A DNA stretch of 64,000 bases. Origin: Desertimonas sp. Lineage in GTDB: Bacteria; Actinomycetota; Acidimicrobiia; Acidimicrobiales; Ilumatobacteraceae. The stretch spans positions 403-64,402 of the forward strand of contig JBKEAH010000033.1 in assembly GCA_047972065.1 (NCBI GenBank), written 5' to 3'. Shown here in pieces: positions 16,992 through 25,520 of this stretch (position 1 is its first letter; every line of letters starts with the position of its first letter). The translations under genes and the position numbers were made by a program. Below the pieces are notes generated by a model. That model was not told the origin of the DNA and made no database searches. It worked only from the letters and a program-made list of their open reading frames with translations.

Positions 16992-18307
16992 GATGCGTGG
17001 TCCCCCGTACCGCTGACCACGAACTCGCTCAACCGCCCGGCCGAGGCGTCGGCGAGACGGGCCCGGATCCGCAGACCGTCGACAAGCTCGGTGGTCGACA
17101 CCACCTCGCCCTCGCGGTGGATCGCCGCCAACACGTCCCCACGGTCGTAGGGCACCTCAAGCTCGACGATGGTGGTGATGGCGCGCAACCGATCGGCCAG
17201 CGTCCGGAGGAAATCGTCGATGCCCTCTCCGGTCACGGCGCTGACCGCCACCGATCCGGGGTGGTCGGCGACCAACCGCGTGGCGCCCTCGGGCGCGAGG
17301 TCAGCCTTGTTGAACACCACCAGCTCGGGCACACGATCGGCGTCGATCTCGCTCAGCACGGCGTGCACGGCGGCGATCTGACCGTCGGGATCGGCGGCGC
17401 TGGCGTCGACGACGTGGATCAGGTGGTCGGCTCGGCTGGCGACCTCGAGCGTCGATTTGAACGACTCGACCAGCCCGTGGGGCAGCCGTTTGACGAAGCC
17501 GACGGTGTCGGTCAGCAACACGGGCTCGCCGCCGGGCAGCGCCAGCCGGCGGGTCGTCGGATCGAGCGTCGCGAACAGCCGATCCTCCGACAGCACCCCG
17601 GCATCGGTCAGCGTGTTGAGCAGCGTCGACTTGCCGGCGTTGGTGTAACCGACGATGGTCACCGCCGCGAGCCCGCTGCGGTCGCGCTGTGAGCGCTGCA
17701 ACCCACGGGTCCGGCCGATCTCGGCCAGCTCGCGCTCGAGACGGGAGATCCGGGTGCGGATCTGTCGCCGCTCGACCTCGAGCTTGGTTTCGCCACCCCC
17801 GAAGCGGGTCCCGACACCGCCGCGCTGCTGTGACAGACGGGCATCGGCGCCGCGGCGCAGGCGCGGCAAGCGATAGCGCAGCAAGGCCAGCTCGACCTGC
17901 GCCTTGCCCTCCGGGGTCCGGGCGTTCTGCGCAAAGATGTCAAGGATGACCGCGGTGCGGTCGATGGCGGTGCGCCCGAGCAGCTTCTCGAGGTTGTACT
18001 GCTGGGCCGGTGTCAGCTCGTTGTCGAACACGACGGTGTCGGCGTCGACGGCCAGACACAGCTCGCGCAGCTCCTCGGCCTTGCCCTTGCCGATGAAGAA
18101 CGTGTGATCCGGGTGATCGCGCGGCTGCACCAGTCGACCGACCTCGTCGGCCCCGGCGGTGTCGATCAACGCCGCCAACTCGTCGAGGCTGGCATCGGTG
18201 TCATCCTCGGTCGATCCGGGGAGGGTGACAGCGACCAGCACGATGCGCTCGCGGACGCTTCGTTCGATGAGGGTGGCGCCAAGCGCCTCGTTGTACGGAT
18301 TGCTCAT
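16988..18307 (-). CDS. hflX: GTPase HflX
   Basis: HflX N-domain, then G-domain motifs GYTNAGKSTLLN, DTVGF and NKAD. ATG 18307 overlaps the dapF stop (ATGA). The longer track ORF runs into dapF. Confidence 0.9.
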   Translation of the reverse strand: MSNPYNEALGATLIERSVRERIVLVAVTLPGSTEDDTDASLDELAALIDTAGADEVGRLVQPRDHPDHTFFIGKGKAEELRELCLAVDADTVVFDNELTPAQQYNLEKLLGRTAIDRTAVILDIFAQNARTPEGKAQVELALLRYRLPRLRRGADARLSQQRGGVGTRFGGGETKLEVERRQIRTRISRLERELAEIGRTRGLQRSQRDRSGLAAVTIVGYTNAGKSTLLNTLTDAGVLSEDRLFATLDPTTRRLALPGGEPVLLTDTVGFVKRLPHGLVESFKSTLEVASRADHLIHVVDASAADPDGQIAAVHAVLSEIDADRVPELVVFNKADLAPEGATRLVADHPGSVAVSAVTGEGIDDFLRTLADRLRAITTIVELEVPYDRGDVLAAIHREGEVVSTTELVDGLRIRARLADASAGRLSEFVVSGTGDHAS

Positions 18308-19110
18308 GAGGTGATGACATCGACGGTGGCGATGAAGGTGGCCGGGCCACGCAATGTGACGTGTCCCGGCGCCGGCCGGTTCAGTGTCACGCTGGCAGAC
18401 CCGCCATCCATGTGCACCACCAGTTCCTCGGTGCCAGCGCCGACCAGCCCCCACTTCGCCGCCGCCCATGCCACGGCGCAGGCGCCGGTGCCGCACGCCG
18501 CGGTGATCCCGGCGCCACGCTCGTGTACCCGCATCGTGACGGCGCCGGGCTCGGGGCCCGGTTCGACGATCTCCAGGTTGACCTGGGGCACCTTCGTGCC
18601 GAGCGCCACCAGATCGACGGCGGCGACCTCGTCCACCCCGACGACGGCGTGCGGGTTACCGACGCTGAGATGGGCGACCGGACGGTCGGGGTGGGTGCCC
18701 AGGGCAGCCCAGCCGGCGGGTGGGTCGATCGGCTCGACCGCCCCCATGTCGACCGACGCCTCGATCGTGTCGGGCGCCTGGGTCGGGTGCATCGTCACCA
18801 GCCGCTCCCCCGCGTCGGTCAGGATCCGCAGCTCGTCGAGGGCAACCGGTCGTCGGGCGGCGACGGCTTGGGCGAAGCAGCGGATCCCGTTGCCGCTCAT
18901 CTCGGCGCGGCTGCCATCGGCGTTGAAGAGCACCATCACGGCGTCGACGCCGTCGGCCTCGCGGGCGATCAGCAGTCCGTCGGCGCCGACACCGCGACGC
19001 CGATCGCACCAGCGCCGGGCGAGGGCGGGCGCGTCGGGATCGTCGATGTCGGCGAACGTCACGAGGAAGTCGTTGCCAAAGGCGTGGTGCTTGGTCAGTC
19101 TGATCGTCAT
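18304..19110 (-). CDS. dapF: diaminopimelate epimerase
   Basis: MTIRLTKHHAFGNDFLV, with catalytic Cys contexts SGNGIRCF and ACGTGACA. Confidence 0.9.
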   Translation of the reverse strand: MTIRLTKHHAFGNDFLVTFADIDDPDAPALARRWCDRRRGVGADGLLIAREADGVDAVMVLFNADGSRAEMSGNGIRCFAQAVAARRPVALDELRILTDAGERLVTMHPTQAPDTIEASVDMGAVEPIDPPAGWAALGTHPDRPVAHLSVGNPHAVVGVDEVAAVDLVALGTKVPQVNLEIVEPGPEPGAVTMRVHERGAGITAACGTGACAVAWAAAKWGLVGAGTEELVVHMDGGSASVTLNRPAPGHVTLRGPATFIATVDVITS

Positions 19111-19210
19111 GGCGAGGTCACCAGCGTACGCAGCCCGACCGACACACCAGCCGACCTGCGGGCGTGGGCCGAAGTCTCCTCTGCCTGGGCCGCCCGCCGG
19201 CGCGGATGAA

Positions 19211-19240
19211 GGCGACGTATGGCGACGTATGGCGACGTTC
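19211..19240. repeat. 10-bp tandem repeat, 3 copies
   Basis: GGCGACGTAT GGCGACGTAT GGCGACGTTC, immediately downstream of the miaA stop codon (19244-19246). Confidence 0.8.
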
Positions 19241-19243
19241 GGC

Positions 19244-20161
19244 CTAGTGATGCGTCAGCGTGGCGCTGACGACGCCGCTGACCTCGGACGCCGGATCGTC
19301 GCGTATGTCGATCCAGCGGATCCGGGGGTCGCGGCGGAACCAGCGTTCCTGGCGGACGGCGTACTGACGCGTCCGTTGGACGATCAGCGCCACGGCGGCG
19401 TCAAGGTCGACCACGCCATCGAGGTGGAGCAGTAGCTCCTTGTAGCCGAGGGCCTGGGCGGCGGTGCGCGACATCCCGCCGATACGCACGCGCCGGACCT
19501 CGTCGAGCAGACCCGCCGTCATCATCTGATCGACGCGCCGCTCGATCCGCTCGGCCAAGCGGTGCCGGGGCCAACGCAGCCCGATCAGCGTGGCCTCGGT
19601 CGGTGGGTAGGCGTCGAGCCCCGGGCCGAACGAGCTGAACGGTCGCCCGCTTCCGATCGACACCTCGAGGGCGCGGATGACTCGACGACGATTGCCGGGC
19701 TCGATGCGGCCAGCGGCCACCGGGTCGAGCGCCGCCAGTCGGGCGTGCAGCCGCGGCGTGTCGGGATCACCGTCCAACGCGGCGCGTGCATCCGGATACC
19801 GATCGGGGATCTCCAGCCGGTCGATCACCGCCGTGAGGTACAACCCGGTGCCGGCGACCAAGAGGGCTCGTCCGTCTCGCTCACCAATCGCGCCGGTCGC
19901 GGCGTCGTAGGCAGCGACGTAGTCGGTCACCCCAAACGGCTCGTCGGGATCGACCAGGTCGATCCCGTGGTGTCGCACGATGGCCCGGTCCTCGGGCGTG
20001 GGCTTGGCCGTCCCGATGTCCATGCCGCGGTACACCTGCATGGCATCGACGGCGACGATCTCGGTGCCGGGTACCGCCTGGGCCGCGGCCATCGCCACGT
20101 CTGACTTTCCGGACCCGGTCGACCCCAGCACGACGACCGGTGGCCGTGCCGCCCGTGCCAT
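19244..20161 (-). CDS. miaA: tRNA dimethylallyltransferase
   Basis: P-loop VVLGSTGSGKSDVAM, then AVDAMQVYRGMDIGTAKP. Confidence 0.9.
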   Translation of the reverse strand: MARAARPPVVVLGSTGSGKSDVAMAAAQAVPGTEIVAVDAMQVYRGMDIGTAKPTPEDRAIVRHHGIDLVDPDEPFGVTDYVAAYDAATGAIGERDGRALLVAGTGLYLTAVIDRLEIPDRYPDARAALDGDPDTPRLHARLAALDPVAAGRIEPGNRRRVIRALEVSIGSGRPFSSFGPGLDAYPPTEATLIGLRWPRHRLAERIERRVDQMMTAGLLDEVRRVRIGGMSRTAAQALGYKELLLHLDGVVDLDAAVALIVQRTRQYAVRQERWFRRDPRIRWIDIRDDPASEVSGVVSATLTHH

Positions 20162-20165
20162 CGGC

Positions 20166-21590
20166 TCACCCCGCGGCGACGGGGATGCGGGTGCGGTGCG
20201 CCGGTTCGGCCGTCTGCTCGACGAATCGCGCCCTCAGGTGGTGGGGGGCAGCGCCGGTGATCTCGACGGTGGCGTAGGAACCGGTCCGCAGCGGGCGATC
20301 GGCGCCAAAGTGGACCAGGCGATGCTGGCGTGTGCGCGCCGCCAGCACGGTCGGGTCCTTCTTGCTCGGCCCCTCGACGAGAACCTCTTCGACCCGCCCG
20401 ATGCGGGCCTCGTTGGCGGCCAGCGCGGACCGTTCGATGACGACGCGCAGCCGGTCGAACCGTTCACCGGCGACCGCCGGGTCGACGAATCGATCGGTCA
20501 GCTCGGCGGCCTCGGTGCCCGGACGGGGCGAGAAGATGAACGTGAACGCGTCGTCGAATGCCGCCTCGGCGGCGACGGCGAGCGTGTCGGCGAAGTCCTC
20601 GTCGGTTTCGCCGGGGAAGCCGACGATGATGTCGGTGGAGACGGCCAGATCGGGCACGATGCGCCGAGCCTCGGCCAAGCGGTCGAGATAGCGAGCGGCC
20701 GTGTAGCCGCGGTGCATCGCCGCCAGCACCCGGTCGCTGCCGGACTGCAAGGGGTAGTGCAGCTGCTCGCAGACGGCGGCCGTGTCCGCCATCGCCGTGA
20801 ACGTCTCGGCGCGCATGTCCTTGGGGTGCGGCGAGGTGAACCGGACGCGGCGGATGCCGGGGACGGCGCCGACCGATCGCAGCAGATCGGCGAACAGCGG
20901 CCGGACACGGGCAGCGAGATCGCCGTCTCGACGCGCCGCCAGTTGGATGTCGCGGCCGTAGCTGTTGACGTTCTGACCGAGCAGGGTCACCTCGGTGACG
21001 CCGGTGGCGGCCAGCCCGCGCACCTCGTCGACCACCTGATCGAACGGACGCGAGATCTCCTCGCCGCGCACCGCCGGGACGATGCAGAAGGCACAGTTGT
21101 TGTCGCAGCCGATCTGGATCGTCACCCACGCGTTGTAGGAGGTGTCACGCACGGCGGGCAGCGCCGAGGGGAACCGAACGTGATCGTCGAACACCGCCGC
21201 TTCGAGGATCTCGGTGATCGGGCCGCGCTCGACCGACTCGCGCAGCAGTTCGGCGGTGCGGTGCACGTTGTGGGTGCCCATCACGACGTCGACGTGACCG
21301 GCCTTGGCCTGCACCAGGTCGCGGTCCTTCTGGGCGAGACAACCGGACACGACGATCTGGCGTCCCTCCTTGGCCGCCTTCCACGTCTTGAGGTGACCGA
21401 GGTTGCCATACAGCTTGTTGTCGGCGTTCTCGCGGATGCAGCACGTGTTGAGCACCACGACATCGGCATCGGTGACATCGTCGGCGGCGACCAGGCCGTC
21501 GGCCTCGAGCAGCCCGGCGATGCGCTCGGAGTCGTGCTCGTTCATCTGGCACCCGTAGGTGCGCACGACGTATCGGCGGGCCGGATCCAC
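20166..21590 (-). CDS. miaB: tRNA-i6A37 methylthiotransferase (radical SAM)
   Basis: VRTYGCQMNEHDSE, the radical-SAM motif GCDNNCAFCIVP and a TRAM domain at the C-terminus. The start is uncertain (GTG 21590 or 21566). The track start at 21680 would collide with the divergent gene and uses atypical codons. Confidence 0.88.
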   Translation of the reverse strand: MDPARRYVVRTYGCQMNEHDSERIAGLLEADGLVAADDVTDADVVVLNTCCIRENADNKLYGNLGHLKTWKAAKEGRQIVVSGCLAQKDRDLVQAKAGHVDVVMGTHNVHRTAELLRESVERGPITEILEAAVFDDHVRFPSALPAVRDTSYNAWVTIQIGCDNNCAFCIVPAVRGEEISRPFDQVVDEVRGLAATGVTEVTLLGQNVNSYGRDIQLAARRDGDLAARVRPLFADLLRSVGAVPGIRRVRFTSPHPKDMRAETFTAMADTAAVCEQLHYPLQSGSDRVLAAMHRGYTAARYLDRLAEARRIVPDLAVSTDIIVGFPGETDEDFADTLAVAAEAAFDDAFTFIFSPRPGTEAAELTDRFVDPAVAGERFDRLRVVIERSALAANEARIGRVEEVLVEGPSKKDPTVLAARTRQHRLVHFGADRPLRTGSYATVEITGAAPHHLRARFVEQTAEPAHRTRIPVAAG

Positions 21591-21663
21591 GGTGGCCGAG
21601 GCTATCGAGCGAGCTGCCAGGCATTCTGCGCCCGCTCGCCCGGGGCCGGTTAGGTTGCGGAAC

Positions 21664-22098
21664 GTGCTGGCCATCTTCAACTACTCCACCGCCTACGAGG
21701 TGCTCGGCGTCCTCCACGTGCTCGCCGCCATCGTCGCGTTCGGACCGCTCTTCCTGTATCCCGCGCTCCAGCGCAACGGTGAGACCCGCACCATCGCCAA
21801 GATGCACATGATGCTGGCGTTGCCGGCGATGGTGCTGGTCTGGGTGTTCGGCATGGGGCTCGTCGGCATGGCCGACGACACGAAGGGCCCGGCCATCGAG
21901 ATGTCCGAGCCGTGGATCGTCGTGTCACTCGCCGGTTGGGTCGTGGCGATGGTGGTCAGCTGGTTCATGATCCGTCCCGCGCTGGCCGACACCGGCGAGG
22001 CGGCACGCAGCCGCATGGCCGCCGGGATCGGGATCAGCCACCTGATCCTCGTGGTCGCCCTGATCATGATGATCTTCAAGCCCGGCGGGAACTTCTAG
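21664..22098 (+). CDS. hypothetical integral membrane protein (about 4 TM)
   Basis: 144 aa from GTG 21664, with four hydrophobic segments and GC3-rich codons. No family assigned. Confidence 0.55.
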   Translation: MLAIFNYSTAYEVLGVLHVLAAIVAFGPLFLYPALQRNGETRTIAKMHMMLALPAMVLVWVFGMGLVGMADDTKGPAIEMSEPWIVVSLAGWVVAMVVSWFMIRPALADTGEAARSRMAAGIGISHLILVVALIMMIFKPGGNF

Positions 22099-22213
22099 AC
22101 GCCCTCATCCCGGTCGAGCCGGCCGACCGCACCGTCGGTTCCACGACGCCCAGCTTGATCGGCGCCGCCGGGTGCGTCGCGACGCGAGTCGCGTCCTGCG
22201 GCACTCGGGTGGT

Positions 22214-23458
22214 TCAGAGACCCGGGTGACCGACCGCGGCGTAGATCGCGTCGACGATCGACTGGCCGCGCTCGTTGAGCAGGATGCCGGGGCCCATCCG
22301 GTTCATCGAATAGCCGACGGCGAGGCCATGAGCGGGATCGGCGAACCCGATGCTGCCGCCGGCGCCGACGTGGCCGAAGGCGTGCTCGCCGAGCACGACC
22401 GAGTCGGCGCCGGGCACCCGCCGGTTGTCCATGCTGACCATGAACCCGAGGGCGAAACGGGTGGGGATGCACAGCGTGGCGTCGCGATTGGTCGCCGTCG
22501 ACACCCGGCGCATCCGGTCGACGGCGCCGCTCGACACCAGGCCGTCGCCACCCAGCGACAGCGGCCGGTACATCCCGGCCAGGCCACGCCCGTTGCTGAT
22601 CCCGCCGCCACCGCCGATCTCGGCGGCGTGGGCGGCGCGGCTGTTGGGGTCGAAGTTGGCGAGGTTGGACAGCGACAGCGACGAGATCGACCGGCGGTCG
22701 CCGACGACGGCGAGCTCGAAGTCGCTGAGCGGCTCGCCCTTGGAGCGGGCGTAGGGGATCATCGGCGCCACCCGCGGCTCGACGGCTTCGGGGAGCCCGA
22801 TCCAGAAGTCGATACCCAACGGGTCGGCGATGGCCTCGGCGAAGAAGGCACCGAGCGACGAGCCGGACGCCCGGCGGACCAGCTCACCTACCGTCCAGCC
22901 GAAGTTGATCATGTGGTAGCCGTTGCGGATGCCGGGATCCCAGAATGGTGGCTCGGCCTCCAACCGGGCGACCATGCGGTCCCAGTCGTAGACCTCGCCC
23001 GGCCCGAGCGGCTCCCGGAACACCGGAACCCCGACCGAGTGGTCGAGCATCATCCGCACGGTCGCGTCGGCCTTGGCGCCCTCGGCGCCGGCCGCGAACT
23101 CGGGCCACACCTCGGCGACGGGCCCGTCGAGGTCGAGCCGACCGCGGTCGGCGAGCACGTGAGCGCACAAGGCGGTGGCCCCCTTGGTGCAGCTGTAGAC
23201 CACCGACACGGTGTCTGACTCCCAGGGCGTGGCGGTCTGCGGGTCGGCGCTGCCGCCCCAGACGTCGACGACGGTGCGCCCCTCGTGGATGACCGTCAGC
23301 GAGGCACCGACCTCGCCGTGACGCTCGAAGTTGGTGGTGAAGGCCTCGACGGCACCGGCGAACGCGGCGTCGTAGCTCCCGGCCAGGGCGCCGGTGGGCG
23401 CGTCGTGGGACAGCGTCTGGTCGATGGCTGCGACGGTAGGTGACCGTCGACGATCGAT
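22214..23458 (-). CDS. beta-lactamase-family serine hydrolase (esterase/PBP-like); 5' end unresolved
   Basis: SxxK active site SCTKG lies 5 residues after the first canonical start (GTG 23209). The conserved N-terminal region (AFAGAVEAFTTNFERHGEVGASLTVIHEGRTVVDVWGGSAD) continues in frame upstream, with no ATG/GTG/TTG. Confidence 0.7.
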   Translation of the reverse strand: MDRRRSPTVAAIDQTLSHDAPTGALAGSYDAAFAGAVEAFTTNFERHGEVGASLTVIHEGRTVVDVWGGSADPQTATPWESDTVSVVYSCTKGATALCAHVLADRGRLDLDGPVAEVWPEFAAGAEGAKADATVRMMLDHSVGVPVFREPLGPGEVYDWDRMVARLEAEPPFWDPGIRNGYHMINFGWTVGELVRRASGSSLGAFFAEAIADPLGIDFWIGLPEAVEPRVAPMIPYARSKGEPLSDFELAVVGDRRSISSLSLSNLANFDPNSRAAHAAEIGGGGGISNGRGLAGMYRPLSLGGDGLVSSGAVDRMRRVSTATNRDATLCIPTRFALGFMVSMDNRRVPGADSVVLGEHAFGHVGAGGSIGFADPAHGLAVGYSMNRMGPGILLNERGQSIVDAIYAAVGHPGL

Positions 23459-23474
23459 GTGAGTCGTGAGGACG

Positions 23475-23858
23475 TCAGTCGTGGGTGTGAACGCTGGGGA
23501 GCCCCAGACGGGCGATGGTCGTCGATTCGAAGTCGACCTCGACCAGCACCGCCGGCTCGTCGCCGACGACCCAGGCGTCGTGACCGGGTGCCACCTCGAC
23601 CACCGCCGGCGCCTCGAACTCGACGATGCACCCGTCGTCGAACTCGAAGTGGAGGCTGCCCTCGGTGAGGAACCCGGCGTGGGCGTGCTCGCAGCGTTCC
23701 GTGCCGACCAACGGTTTGAGATCCACCGACCAGCGCATGCCAGGCGGGTACACCATCCGTTTCATCCGTGCATCACCGACCGGGCCGACATCGATCTCGA
23801 CCGGCCCGAACGTCACGTGCGTGGCCCCGCTGACGGGGCCCGCGATCCCCTCGCTCAT
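23475..23858 (-). CDS. cupin domain protein
   Basis: 127 aa from ATG 23858. HAHAGFLTEGSLHFEFDDG...VVEVAPGHDAWVVGDEP is a cupin-like beta-barrel signature. Confidence 0.65.
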   Translation of the reverse strand: MSEGIAGPVSGATHVTFGPVEIDVGPVGDARMKRMVYPPGMRWSVDLKPLVGTERCEHAHAGFLTEGSLHFEFDDGCIVEFEAPAVVEVAPGHDAWVVGDEPAVLVEVDFESTTIARLGLPSVHTHD

Positions 23859-23965
23859 CCACGGTACGGTACCCGTCCCTCGGGCGCGGGCTGGCACGGC
23901 ACGCACGCGGGTGGGTACCGTGTACCCACCCGTCGACCGGGACGGGGCCGAGGAGGGGGACGTCG

Positions 23966-25495
23966 ATGACCGACGAGTATGTGGACGTAGCCGTGATCGG
24001 TGCCGGGATCTCCGGTATCGGTGCGGCGTATCACCTGCGCACGATGTCTCCCGATCGGAGCTTCACGCTGATCGAAGCACGCCACGACATCGGGGGAACG
24101 TGGGACCTGTTCCGCTACCCCGGGGTGCGCAGCGACAGCGACATGCACACGCTCGGCTACCGCTTCAAGCCGTGGACCTCGGCCAAGGCGATCGCCGACG
24201 GCCCCTCGATCATGCGCTATCTGCGTGAGACCGTCGCCGAACACGACATCGAGCGGCACATCCGCTTTGGTCACCGGCTCCGCCACGCCGCCTGGGACAC
24301 CGACACGTCGACGTGGACGTTGACCATCGAGCGAACCGACCCCGACACCGGGGCGACCGGGACGACGTCGCTGCGCTGCAACTACCTGTTCATGTGCGCC
24401 GGCTACTACAGCTACGCACGACCCCACGACGCTCAGATCCCCGGCCTCGCCGAGTTCGGCGGCACCGTCGTGCACCCGCAGTTCTGGCCGGAAGATCTCG
24501 ACTACACCGGCAAGCGGGTCGTCGTGATCGGCTCCGGAGCGACCGCCATGACCATCGTCCCGGCGATGGCCGCCGACGCGGCGCGGGTGACGATGCTGCA
24601 GCGCTCGCCGACCTACGTGGTCGCCCGCCCCGGCGAGGACGCGATCGCCAACACCTTGCGCAAGTACCTCCCCGACCGTCTGGCCTATCGCATCACCCGG
24701 AAGAAGAACACGACGCTCCAACAGCTGTTCTACGGCCGGGCGCGCAAGAAGCCCGACGAGGTGAAGGCAAAGCTGTTGGCGATGACCGCCAAGGCACTGC
24801 CCGACGTGGATGTCGACACCCACTTCACGCCGACCTACAACCCCTGGGACCAGCGGCTGTGCCTGATCCCCGACGGCGACCTCTATGACGCGATCAACGC
24901 CGGCAAGGCCGACGTCGTCACCGACACCATCGACACCGTGACCGCCGACGGGATCCGGTTGAGCTCGGGGCGAACCCTCGACGCCGACATCATCGTCACC
25001 GCGACCGGGCTCCGGATGGTGACCCTCGGCGAGGCCGACGTCACCGTCGACGGCGAACCCATCGACTTCGGTCAGACCTGGACGTACAAGGGCCTCGCCT
25101 ACTCCGGGGTCCCCAACCTGGCCACCTGCTTCGGCTACATCAACGCCTCCTGGACGCTGCGCGCCGATCTGACCTCGGAGTACGTGTGCCGGCTGCTCAA
25201 CCACATGGCCGAGACCGGCACGACCCAGTGCACCCCGCAGCTACGACCCGGCGACCACGACATGCCGGCTCGACCGTTCATCGAGAACTTCAGCTCGGGC
25301 TACATGCAGCGAACGATGCACGAGATGCCCAAGCAGGGCGACCGCGAGCCGTGGCTGAACCCCCAGAGCTACGCCCGCGACCGCAAGATGTTCCGCAAGG
25401 GGCCGATCGACGACGGGGTGATGCGCTTCACCCGACCCGTTCCCGACGATGCCCGACCGCCCGGTGACCGGGTGGTCCCCGTCGCCGGCGAGTAG
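23966..25495 (+). CDS. flavin-dependent (Baeyer-Villiger / EthA-like) monooxygenase
   Basis: FAD site VAVIGAGISGIGAAYHL, BVMO fingerprint FGGTVVHPQFWP, and a second dinucleotide site VVVIGSGATAMT. Confidence 0.85.
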   Translation: MTDEYVDVAVIGAGISGIGAAYHLRTMSPDRSFTLIEARHDIGGTWDLFRYPGVRSDSDMHTLGYRFKPWTSAKAIADGPSIMRYLRETVAEHDIERHIRFGHRLRHAAWDTDTSTWTLTIERTDPDTGATGTTSLRCNYLFMCAGYYSYARPHDAQIPGLAEFGGTVVHPQFWPEDLDYTGKRVVVIGSGATAMTIVPAMAADAARVTMLQRSPTYVVARPGEDAIANTLRKYLPDRLAYRITRKKNTTLQQLFYGRARKKPDEVKAKLLAMTAKALPDVDVDTHFTPTYNPWDQRLCLIPDGDLYDAINAGKADVVTDTIDTVTADGIRLSSGRTLDADIIVTATGLRMVTLGEADVTVDGEPIDFGQTWTYKGLAYSGVPNLATCFGYINASWTLRADLTSEYVCRLLNHMAETGTTQCTPQLRPGDHDMPARPFIENFSSGYMQRTMHEMPKQGDREPWLNPQSYARDRKMFRKGPIDDGVMRFTRPVPDDARPPGDRVVPVAGE

Positions 25496-25520
25496 CCGGG
25501 CTGGCGCGTCTCAGCCCGGC
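25495..25520. terminator. hairpin between convergent monooxygenase and sulfatase genes
   Basis: GCCGGGCTG-N8-CAGCCCGGC is a perfect 9-bp stem spanning both stop codons. Confidence 0.5.

Noticed and set aside
19211-19240. Short tandem repeats (also at 51583-51618) as CRISPR arrays.
   Set aside because: The units are 9-10 bp, directly adjacent with no spacers. One lies inside a coding region, and no cas genes are present.
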